Origin: Daphnia carinata
Taxonomy: Eukaryota
Assembly (NCBI RefSeq): GCF_022539665.2
Contig: NC_081332.1
Coordinates: 2,666,001-2,730,000 of the forward strand
Length of the DNA: 64,000 nucleotides
Direction of reading: 5' to 3'
Positions within the stretch are counted from its first letter, which is position 1. Every line of letters starts with the position of its first letter. The notes beneath the pieces are model-generated. The model saw only the letters and a list, made by a program, of their open reading frames with translations, did no database searches and was not told the DNA's origin. This document shows, piece by piece, positions 1 to 12,000 of the stretch. A program made the translations under genes and the position numbers.

Positions 1-2402
1 AGAGTACATTTTCCTGAGGTCGTGCATGACGCAGTCGAGGTAGAGCTCGCCCGTGCCGAGGATGACGTGCTCGCCCGACTCTTCGACTCGTGTCGACAGC
101 AACGGATACGACTTGTTGACCTTACGGAGCCCGTCCAACATTTTCGGCAACTCGCTGGGATTGACGGGCTCGACGGCGATTTTGATGATCGACTGCGTGT
201 TGAATTTCAACGGCCGGCAGATGTACAAGTCCTCGTCGATGCTAGCCTGGACAATAGTCGACGTTTTGACCACCGACGCGTCAATGCCTTCAATCAGAAC
301 CCAACTGCCAGCGGTCACTCTGTTCACTTCAATCTTGTAACGAGCCTCGTAGATCCACAAACGTCCGATCGTTAATAATCGAGAGTCTTCTTCGTCGCTG
401 AGCGAGTAGTTCTCGCCCAGAAGACGGACGTTCTGATGGGCATGCAGAGTACCACTCAGGACACGGCCTAGCACGTAAAATCCGGTGCAATCCTCTGTGG
501 GGTACTGTTTGGTCGTGTGGACTACCAGGTGACCATTTGGTTCACAGTTGACCATGTCTTCACCAAGGGTAGATTCCAGCGGACCCGTATAAATGTGCTC
601 TACTTTAGTACGGGCAGCAACAACGGGTGACGGAATATGTTTTACGCACATGTCAACGAAACCTGTAGGAAAATTGAGGATTTTAAATTATGCAACTGTG
701 TAATAAGCATGAAGCGGATTGTGAGCTCACCACTAAACGTGCCCAAATAGCGACTACAGACTAATCTCAAAAGTGGGCGGGTATTTAGCCTTTGTTCCTC
801 GACTGTCAAACGAATGCCAAGTTCATCCAGCAGTTGTGGCAAACTCGTGTCCAAATCTCCGACAACCTAAAGTTAGGATTTTATTGTTTAAAGCTATTCG
901 AAAACTAAATAGGAATCCAATAATGGTTCGTCCATACCTGGGCAAAGATTTTATACAATGGCTCAAGAATGAACTCGATGAAACTTCGTTGGGCAGAGCT
1001 GTGTGGCGGTTTTTTCGTGAACTTTCTGGTCTTGCTGTTGAAGTAGATATCGCCCCACAGACGACGGGCTAACTCGTGGTCGTTGATATCTGAGCCATAG
1101 CTAATTTTTTTTTTTTTTAAGAGAAAGGCAATTTCAAAATTGGCGTTACTTCTTTGAAAGGGAAATCAAGTGGACAATGAGCGCCCTGTACATACGTGTC
1201 ACTGTAGAGTTTAGCGAATGATTTCAGGGTGAAACAGACTGAGAACTGAGCCGAAGCGAAACAAACATTGCCCAACAAGGGTGAGACGATTTTGGGATTT
1301 TCTTCGTCACTGTACAGGCCTAAAAGACCGTTGATCTCTTCAATAATGTAGCGCAATTTGTAGTACGCGTCCTGGGGCGGCAGTTTCAGCTCCAAAATGA
1401 GTCGATCGATTTTGTTGATGCAAACCGTGATGGCCATTTTCTCCTGTACGGCAAGAAAAGTATAGCAACAGTGTCACAGAATTGTGATCATTTAGGCCTA
1501 GTTACTTGGACGGCGTGCTTCAAGATGCGCTCCGTGTTGAGCATGACACCCTCGACGGCGTCGACAAACAGGACGATACCGTCGCACAGCCGCAAAGCAG
1601 CAGTGACTTCGTCTGAAAAGTTGACGTGACCTGACAAGAAAAAAGAATATATGGTTTTCTTTTACTTCCCTTTGACGCAAAAAAAAATTTCATTTTACCA
1701 GGTGTATCAAACATATTGAGAAGGAATGATTTTTCATTCAAGTCTGGCATGACCACTGTAATTGGTGTAGCTTTGATTGAAACCCCCCTTTCTTGTTCGG
1801 TAAAGAGAGTGTCTGTGTACCTAACAGGTTTTTCCTCGCCACTGCCTGGTCTTCCTGTCTGAAGATCAGGATGTGTCTGCATGAGCAGGCAATCCATGAA
1901 GGATGTTTTGCCGTGGTGCAAATGCCCGACAAGAGCCACAGACCTGATGAGCTCTGCGCTATCCATCAAATCTGCCAAAAATTCCATGTTGTAGGTGGTT
2001 TCAGGGAGTTCTTGCTCTGCAACCTGGGAAAAGAAAGGATCAATCACCACCAAATTTGAAACAACTACGGTGTCTGAGTACCTGAAACTTCCTGCGTTTG
2101 ACAGGAGCGATGATGGGTTCAGTCAGGGGTTGAGCATCTTCCTCCTGAACAAGTGTCTCGACTCCAGGGCCGTAAACTTCCAGAGCAGACGGGTAGTATT
2201 TCTTGTCCTCGTGCAAAACGATGGCCATTTGGGGGTCGGCATCGACCACCGTTTGATCCATGGCTTCTTCCGAGTCATTGTCACCGTAGTCTTCGGCATC
2301 GTCATCACGTTCGGCTTCATCTCCTTCCTCGTTTTCTTCGTCGTCTGATTCGAGCTCGGGCCCGATGTAGTTGCCGAACTCGTCATACAAATCGGCGTCC
2401 AT
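1..2402 (-). CDS. EFTUD2: U5 snRNP 116 kDa GTPase (Snu114), 5' part; gene continues beyond the window start
   Basis: [18 protein letters not shown]-terminus, [18 protein letters not shown]1 [26 protein letters not shown]. Inferred GT-AG exons: 2402-2082, 2023-1699, 1630-1506, 1443-1196, 1100-938, 866-731, 662-<1. Confidence 0.97.
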
Positions 2403-3071
2403 TTTTTATGGGAGTAAACTGTATCGTGCTTTTGTCTTATGTGGGCAAATACTACAGTATTACCGATTGAAATTGACGAAATTCAACAAACACAGAAATT
2501 TAGCTGTACCAAAAAAGGGTTTTAAGAAATGCCGGGGAAAAAATGCGTTTCTGTTCGTACACGCTGCTGCTAAAAACCAGAGGATCGCCATCTATTGAAG
2601 AGCAAGTAGACTAAGCGCCATCTAATAGCAGAAAATTGTACAATATCAATGAAAATGTTGACAAGGGCAAAACTTAAATAGAACCCGGGAATTCCCCACC
2701 CAACAAGGAAGTGCTCGTAAAAAATTGTTGACTATAAAACATTCGTCGTCAGTCAACGTAAAAAAAAAAAAAAAAAAATCCCCCCAAAAAGCAGGGACAT
2801 AATTTCTGTTTTGGTAATGAAATAGTAAAAACATGGTAAACTGTAAATCTGCGATAGCGAACGCGGTACTAAACTTTTGCATAATTTGCATGCAAAATGA
2901 AAAGAAAAAAAAGAAAAAGGGGAATCCGGAAAACGGAAGAGATTAGTGTTTGAGAGTACACGTCGATGTGCTGTAGAGGATTTCTCTCCTGGTGGTGTCT
3001 GGCTGACTATAAGGTGCAGCGTATATACGCAGCGGGAGAGCATTTTAGATGATTTATTGCTGGCTGGCCAG

Positions 3072-3102
<31 letters not shown>

Positions 3103-4507
3103 AAATATAAATGTTTTATCTTTGTAGACGGGTCTGCAGACGAACGGGCGTCTAACCCCCACCCATGTCCCCATATCACTATTTGTTTGTGTCTACGTGA
3201 GTGTTTGTTGTTGCCAAAAAAAAGGACTCACTTTCGGGGTATGTGATATGGCAAATCATCAAAATCAATGCCGACCATTTCTTTTCGTCTACACCGGCTG
3301 CAAAGAACGGAGAATTGTCCGTTGTGTTTCTCCTAGACTTGTTTTTTTTTTTCTTTCAAAAAGCATTTCGTTTGCGACGATCCATTATGTAGGTGGATAG
3401 AATTCAAGTTGACCACCACTTTCTTCATTAGTTGACGCATATCTACTTGGCACTGGTCAGTCTCTGATTTCCTCTCCCTGTTTTTACCTCTATTTTATTT
3501 TTGATTGATTGATTTTTTTTATTTGGTCAATTTTTCTTTCTTTGTGTACGTAAAGCTGCTGAATCAATACTAAATATCGAACAGATTATTTCTTCTATTT
3601 CGGGGCGCCTTTTTGTTTGATTTGCACGTGTTATTGTTATTTTTGTGTGTGTTTGTTTCCGTTGCCTTTGGAAAGGAGGAAGTAGGGTCTTTATTGAGTC
3701 GTAGTGGATGGGTCCATCATCAGGGCATCTAACGTAATGACTGGCGAAGAGCATCGAATGTTTCCAAACGGAATGATGTGTATGCTCTATGCATATTACA
3801 TGAGTTTTGTCGATTACATATTAAACACGCCTAAGTGAATTATCCAGTATAGGAAGATACATTTGGAAAATGTTAATGGAAGACGAAGATCTCGGATGGA
3901 AAACTGAAATTGAAAACAAAATGGGTCTTAATTCGTAGATAGGTCATAAGACGCTGGCAGACATGATGGAAAGAAATTGATGCTGGACGTTGGCTGAGAA
4001 GGAACGACGTCGGCGACGACACAATAAAGAGGACGTGAATAAAATAAAAGAAGACGATAGAGAGAGAGGGTAGTTGAAAGATCAGAGATTCCCGATTGAG
4101 AAATAAAGAGGAAGAAGGAGGAAAAAAAAAAAAAAAAACGGGCAAGAAAGGAAGAAAAGCGAGAGAGACTGAGGAAGAAGAAGAGAAGAAACGAGCTGAC
4201 TGGGCGAGGTCTTTTCTGTCCTACCCTTTTCTCTTTTCTCGTTTTTATTTTTCTCTTCTTTAAAGGCTAGGCCACACTATATCGCCACAGAATTGCATAT
4301 AGATGTGCTCGCCATGTACAGTCCGTCCTCTCCTAGCCTTTCTCTCTCTCTCTCTCTTTTTCCCTCCCTCTCTATAAAAAAAAAATAATGTTGTTGTTGT
4401 TGTTGTTGCCGTTGTTGTAGTAGTAGTAGTAGTAAGAATATAGTAACGGGGTCGCGCACGAGTGTATATGTGCTGGCAGTGCTGCTGGCTGGCCGCGGAG
4501 ATCTGAA

Positions 4508-4578
4508 CAAGAAGAAGAAGAAGAAGAAGAAGAAGAAGAAAATGAGAAGAAGAAGAAGAAGAAGAAGAAGAAGAAGAA
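4508..4578. repeat. (GAA)n microsatellite upstream of Activin-beta
   Basis: Long, slightly interrupted gaagaagaa run; adjacent (GTT)n/(GTA)n runs at about 4390-4433. Confidence 0.9.
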
Positions 4579-5179
4579 GGAAAAGGAGGAGAGTCTGGGT
4601 AGAGTTACAAGAATTCGTTCAGAGCAGCAGCCACTAGCAAGTCGGTGGTGGTATAGTGGAGTGGTGGCCTTCATTGCGAGACAGTCGACTGTCTCGAAAG
4701 TTATTAGCCCAGCAGTCAACGTCCGTCTACTCTCCGTCCACCATCATCATTGTCATTCTTGCTATCTTTGCATTCATATATCAGTGTTTCTCTTATTCCC
4801 CTCGTCTTCCCCTTTCTTCTTCCTCTTCGTCATCTTTTATTTATTTTTTTTAAAGCCAAAAGTGTTGACGAACTGACGTTCCCATTTGTTTAAAGCAAAT
4901 ACGAAGAAAAAAAAAAAACAAACGAAAAGGGAATGGATTAGAAAGTGAAGCCAATCAATCGAGTTGGGGGTTTGGTGATTGTCGTGTGTCGAATGTTGGT
5001 CGCGTTCCACGCATTTGCGACAGAGACGGCCACAGACTATTCGTCGTCGTGCCTCCGCCTGGCTTGTCTCGGAAGAACAAGCAGACGACGACGTAAGCCG
5101 GCCGGCCGTGAAAATTCTCTTCCGGCTCTTTGCGATTCGCCCTCATCGGTCAAACGAGCAGAGCCAAAGTGAAGCGACG

Positions 5180-8151
5180 ATGATGGTGGTTTCAGTCGAG
5201 TGGCTCACTGCTTGTCGGCCCGTCTCAACTCATCAAACAAGGACGACATTCAAAGCGGCCACAAACTCGTTGATCGTCATCAGCCTGTTGTTCTTGTTCT
5301 CCTGCTCGCCGACGATGTGCAGTTCGCAGCCATCGAGCGCTTCATCTCGTGACGTTCCAGTCAATCTGGCCAGTGTGTCCACGCATCACCGTAGTCGAGT
5401 CGCCGTGTCGTCCAGCCCTCGTTCGTCCGCCACTCTCGCGGCCAACGAGACACATGTAACGAAAACGGGCGGCAGGGCGCGCCGTCATTGCCCGTCTTGT
5501 CGATTGCCAGCCACCGTACAGCAGAAGGAGGAGGACCAACTGGACGCCGAACGACCAGCTGACGCTAAGACGGTGGCGTCGCTGGCCCACCAACAGTCCA
5601 TGGCTGGCGATTTCGCCCGCCTCGAGTCGATCAAACGTCAAATCCTCATCAAGTTGGGTCTCAATTCGAAACCGAATTTATTGTCGTCCGTCATCCCGCC
5701 GAGGGATTTCATTTTGGAGACGCTTTTGCGGGCCGAAGAGTCGTCGGTCGTGACCCGTGCTCCTCACCGTCCCTCGTCGTCTTCCACTGGCAACAACAAC
5801 AAGCAGCGTCATCATTTGCATCATTCGCAAGCCGATGCTGCCAGCGTGGACAACGTCATCGTCGAGGACGATTTCTACGGCAAGACGTCAGAGATCATCG
5901 CATTCGGCGAGCCAGGTGAGACTTTGTTTGCCATCTCTAGGTGTGCCGTCATGCGTCAGTCGCTATTTTGGGGGGGTTCGCTTTTCTCTTCGTTGCTTGG
6001 ATTCGCTTCAAATCGCACGCCAAATATATTCACGGAGAGAACTTTGCGCGTGCACATCATTAAGCAATGAGGACCCAATGACCGCGCTATACAGACCAGA
6101 TCACGATCGAGGAACGGGGCTAGCGCACACAGGCAAAACTTGGCCATGGTTATAGACGGACCCACACCAATATCGAAGAGAGGAATCTGGCTAAATGCCA
6201 ATAACGATGCCGCCCATAAAACCTAACCCCCCACTCTCCACCCAAAAAAAAAAAACGGGAATTTTTCTCTTTTCTTTTTGGGTTTTTTTGTTATTCTGGT
6301 TGCTTCCCTGCTGGTTGGCTGGTGCCGGTGCTACTCCGATGCAGAAAAAGGGCATATCAAGGATTGCCGTTCTGTGTGTCTCTTTCTGGTTGGGCGCGGT
6401 GCCTGCCTGGCCTCCTTCTCTCTTTTTTTTTCCCCAGTCTCACACATTAAACACGCCTTTTTTCTTTTTTTTTTTTTTGCGTATGCTTACGTCGTACGTA
6501 GCACATTAGATCTTATTGCAATCATAACTCGCTTCTATTTTTACGCTAGAATTTCATATTTCGTGTCTTTACAGACGTGCCCAATCGACTATCAGGGCAA
6601 TGGACACACGTACAAACCATCTGATTTGAAACATGTTCCATTGACTTGTCGATACGTGGACAATTGCATATGTCACTTGGCGTCGGAGCCACCAATAATT
6701 AAAAACAAAACAAAACAAAAAAAAATGAAAAACAGGCTTGGTGGTCGCTTCTCGTTTTTGTGTCTCCCCGGCTGTCTGGCCCTCTGTCTGCCGGCACACA
6801 GACACGACCAATCGAAAAAAGAAAAAGGGATGGATCAAGAGCCAAAATGAGAATGCGAGCCAAAATAAGAATGCGATCTCTTTTGCGAAAAAGAAAAAGT
6901 CCGGTTGGGTGTAACGGACTCGTTTTCAAACGGGACTCGATCAAAACACAATCAAGACCATCATGGACGTCGTCTAACTCCTTGTAGAAGCCCAACACGA
7001 CCTACCTCCTCCCCGCCCTTTTACACGCCTTTTGGGCAATTCGTTTGCAGCGAAAAATGCCATTCGCGTTGTCTCGATTTTCTCTTCTTTTCTCTTCTTC
7101 TCTTTTTGAAATCGTACGCGTCGTTGATTCGATTGACGATCGCGCAACATTCGACCAGTTGGATATCCTACCGGCGTTTCACGCAGAACAAGAAAATGCG
7201 CCAGACGTATACTGTCTGATAAGCGCATTGTTGTCTGTCACTTTCTTTTTCTCGACTTTTCTCTCGCAATCGTCAAGGAGAAAAGACTGGCATCGTCTAG
7301 ACTGCGGGCTAGACATGACGTGAAATCAACTGACTTTTTTTCTTTATTTTATTGATCTCTTCTTTTGATCTCTTTTCTTCTTCTTTCTTCCTTTTTGTTT
7401 TGTTTGCCAAGGATATGATTTGATCTACAGCCCAGCTCTACAGGCGATTTCAATAGAATCGCACATCATGGCCCGGTCCATAAGATTTATGCACCATTTC
7501 CACATAAAGCGCCTCTGCAAACAACAAACAAAACATTTATAGCTTTCAGTTTAAACCTTATAGCGAGCTACTATTTTTAAACACGATATAAATAGAAAAA
7601 AGAGAAACGGTTAACTGTAAAAGCGTTTCATTTCCAAAACAGGTCCGAGACTCAACGGGCAGGTGTTGGCCGAATTTTCACGAGTCCAGGAAACGGCGCC
7701 CGAGCCAAGTTTGCGAGTTAAATCGGCCACTTTATGGCTTCACGTCCAAATTAATGGCACTAGTTTAACATCGTCGTCGCATCTGCCGAAAAGTGCGAAT
7801 CAACGTCACCAGCGAGGCCACCAACAGCAACGCACCAGTAGGTCACCGACGCTCTACGTCTTTCGGCTTCTTCCGTCAGATGTTCACGGCCCTCTAACCA
7901 ACGCCACGAATAAGGTCACTCCCTTTCGCCACTCCCCTTTTTCTTAATATCAAATCAATTAAAAAAACAAACAAAAAGACAAAGAAAGGCTGATTATTAA
8001 TAGCAAATTATTCGTGTAGCGTCTGACGCAGGATTGGAACGAGTTGTTATTGGCTTCGCAAAAGGTGACCATCCAACACAGCGGTTGGATGAAAATCAAC
8101 ATCACCGAGGGCGTCCAGCAGTGGTTTAGCACGTCCCCGTCGTCCATCATC

Positions 8152-8229
<78 letters not shown>

Positions 8230-9003
8230 AATAATAATAGCAATAACAACAAACTGCGTTTACTGGTCGACTGCTCCGGTTGCGGTTCCACCGTCCAGCC
8301 CGTTCTCTTCACCCATCGGCCAGCAGTGGCGTCTGTCCTGCCGGAAGACAACGCTCGCCAACAGGAGACGATCAACAACAAGAAGAAGAAGAAGAAGAAG
8401 AAACGGAAGAAGCGCAGGAGGCGACTGGTAGTGGACAAGGAAGAAGAAGAGGAAGAAGAGGGGGATGGCAAAAACCGGCAACAACTGGAAGACGAGGGCA
8501 AAAAGACGGAACAACTCCGGCCGTTTATCGTCATCCACACTGATTCCAGCAGTTCGCGTCGATTGAGGCGACGGACTCCGCTGGATTGTGGGCCGACGAC
8601 GTCCGCCTGCTGCAAGCAGCGATTCTTCGTCAGTTTCCGCTCACTCGGATGGGACGACTGGATCATCGCGCCCAGCGGATACTACGCCAACTACTGCCGA
8701 GGTGATTGCGGTAGCGGCGCAGCCGGAAGAGCGCCCGAGTCGTTTCTCAGTTACCACTCGCACGTTCTTGACCAAGTACGCAAGCAGCTGCCTTCATTGG
8801 CCATCAGTCCGTCAAAGACTAAGAAGAAAAAGAAAATGCAATCGTCTGAACAACAACAGCAACGATTGTTTGCCAATTATTTGCAACCTTGTTGCGCACC
8901 TACCAAATTTTCAAGCATGTCACTCATTTATTTCGGCCCCGACATGAATATTATCAAAAGAGACTTGCCTAAAATGGTGGTCGATGAATGCGGCTGCCCT
9001 TAA
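5180..9003 (+). CDS. Actbeta: Activin-beta (inhibin beta-like TGF-beta ligand) preproprotein
   Basis: Exons 5180-5915, 7643-7914, 8020-9003 (phase 1, phase 0). Hydrophobic signal-like segment, prodomain CPSC...LESIKRQILIKLGL, furin site RRLRRR, 9-Cys mature domain CCKQRFFVSFRSLGWDDWIIAPSGYYANYCRGDC...PCCAPTKFSSMSLIYFG...IIKRDLPKMVVDECGCP typical of arthropod Actbeta. Start codon uncertain. Confidence 0.92.
8152..8250 (+). repeat. Coding (AAC/AAT)n repeat giving poly-Asn in the Activin prodomain
   Basis: About 30 Asn codons in frame within exon 3. Confidence 0.95.
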
Positions 9004-12000
9004 TCCTTCCATCCGCGTACAACTGGCGGGGAATTCTACATCATGTTTGGTTGTCGTACACAATTAATCACTCGATGTTTTTCATTTCATTTTCTTGCAA
9101 TCGCATTGGCAGTCTGATCTTGTCTTTGATGACGGCCGATGTCTGTTTTTCTTTGTGTTTCGTTGATACCAACAGTATATATTTATTACTAGGTTACTCT
9201 TTTTGCGTAGAATTCGAGCAACACTGCCGTTGATTGATTGTGCGCCTATAACCATCCCGCCTGCTGACCAGTGGTTTTATTTGTCAATTGTGCTCCATTA
9301 TTCGACTCCAAACGATACTTAACTTGCATTCCTTATTGTTGCATTAGGTTTGTACAGCCTCTACAAAATAATCTCGCCTCTTGTCATACTGATAGAACTG
9401 ACTTGTGAATGATGTACGATGCATTTGTTTGCTGAGCCTCTGCTGATTGTTTCATTCCATTTCATTTGGCTGTCAATGTCTTTCCTTTTTGCACATTATA
9501 GACCGCCATTCCGTTGTTGTTTTTGTTTTAAATAGAACTGGATCGGTTTCATTAAAAGGCTTTTTTGAGCTTTGTATAGGTGCCGAAATATTGTTAATCA
9601 ATGAAGAAGGAAAAAGCAATGAGCTATTAGAGTTCGATTCCACTTTTTGACTTGTCCTTACCGTGTGCCAATCGTGGTTTTACTATCAATAGATCCATGT
9701 TTTGGCTGCTGATTTATTATTGTATCTCCTCTATTCTTGTTCACTCTACTGTTCCATTATATTGCAAATGTCTTTCATTTAATCTGCAATAGAAATTAAA
9801 CGAATTTTTGGCCTGTTTAATACGAGGACTCTTCACTCGATGCATGTTCGTCGACTGCAGTTTATGACTACAATGACAACATTGATCAACAGATGGCTCT
9901 GTCTTCTCAAATGGGTTTACAAAATGCCATTTGGGCCCATTTGGGCTTAGGGCAAGCCCACAGTGTGAACCTTTTCTATGAGAATTTTTCTGAAAAATCA
10001 TTTTTAAGGAGGCTCTGATCCTGCATGTAGAAAAAGGATTTCAACACAAACAAGTTGCTTTAATTTTTTTTAAATTCAATAAAAGTAATGCCATCTACCG
10101 ATGAGTCGTGCAATCAAGCCAAGCCAAGTCGATGTTTTCCGAAATGGCCGGTCAGCCGAAGCAGGACAGGGAGCCACGAACGATTGTACGGAATGAAAGT
10201 TAAACGTTTGCATTGTGGTCCAATGCAAAATCATCTCGTGTACGTCTATTACAAAGTGCTTTTGTTTGCTGGTTGGTGGGCAACGAACAAAAAAGGTTTA
10301 ACTGATTGTTTTGTACAGGTACAGCCGTGACAAACATGTGCATGTTTCAAGATGTGGACAACCTGTTTGAGCCCACAACACTTGCTATTACATCACATGT
10401 GAAATAAAACTAAGATAAGAGGACGTGCTCTGTGTAGCAACAAAGGAGAGAGCTGTCGTTGGCGAGAAGTGAGCGAAATTCCGAATAAATGCACAAATTC
10501 GAATATCAAAATGAACTGGAATAGCCAGCACAAAAGACTCGTCCTTTTCGCGATACACATGCAGAGCTAGAAAAAGCGGTTTGGAGTTCTCTCCATTTTT
10601 CTTTTTTCCTTATAAAATGTGGTTTAATCTCGTGGATGAACGTGCAGCACACGTCTGCGTTTGCAGTTGAAACTATCGATCAAAAAGTCTGTAATGACAA
10701 AGTATGCGCATACATGTATACACATTTGGTGTGGGGGAAAAAAGGAAAAGGGCAGCCCCCCAAAAAAATGAATGATTACATCTATCAACATATAAAGATA
10801 CATGTTTATACTGGTATAGCGTATATAGATATGGCAACGTATAAAAAAGGCGCGAATATATGTAAAAATTGGATTGTGGTTGCCATGTATGGCAAACATC
10901 AGGTGGGATTCCGATGAAAAGAGCGCGATATTATACGGAAAGAATGTGTACGAATGTATTTCGCTCCTTTTTCTTTGTGTACAACTACAAGGCAATCATG
11001 TCGCTGCAAAACCCCGTCCGCGTGAGGTTACAAGTGCGCGCGAAATTCCCTTCCCCACCAACTTCGATGTTGCTGTCACACCTATATATGCAAAGCAATG
11101 GAACCAGTTCTATTCGTTTTTGTTCTTTCATTTTTTTTCTGTGACAGGCTTTGTTGATTCGTTTCTTCGAGAAAGAGAGAATAATAGATATATATGTATA
11201 TATAGGCTATATGATGTATTATGTGGCATGACGGATATAAAAATAGAAATTGTGCTACTGATGGCTGTCAGTGATATCACGTGGAAAATAGCACATGCTG
11301 TACACACACATGTCACACGAGTCATGCACCATTCGCTTGATCCTATAGAGAAAAAAGAGTCGCAGTTTGCGAAACCAGTTCCGATTTACATTGACACGTC
11401 TATAAATAAAGAGTGTAAAGAAGGAAAGGTGTTTTGGGTATCTTTGCTTTGTCATGTGGTCTATGTGTTTATCGCGAAAAGCCATCGACAAGTGACAGCA
11501 CGTGATCTCGTTTCGCATGTTCTGCAATCTGTCATGTATATTTAGAAAACTGGATTGTCCACGTCGTTTATATTTTTAGTTATTGATTCGCTACAAAACT
11601 ATACACCACATGCATCGTGTACACAGCGAGGTCATCACGAAATGTTGCCTGGGCCAGTTTTCTACATCACGTACCAACTAACGTCTTGTTGCAATCAAGG
11701 CGTTGGTCATTTTTCAAACGATGCCCCCGATTTGTCGACAGTACAACGTTCCTTTCAATATGTCATTATGTTCAGTTCGTTTGCGTCGTGTTTCTTCCAT
11801 ATCCAGCCAAAACAGACTTATTCAACACAATGAAACAATTTGACCACCATATTGCCAGTTGAAAGTGGGATAAATAAAAGTACCGACCGGCACGTAATTA
11901 GTGGACTGCGACACTTGTGTAAATAATGATTTTTAAACATACAGTTGCTCATTTCGACCTTTAACAGTTTTATTTTTAGTGGAATTTGGAAGATTTGGAA

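Noticed and set aside
7959..8666. 235-aa minus-strand poly-Leu ORF
   Set aside because: Antisense shadow of the (AAC)n and (AAG)n repeats in Activin exon 3.
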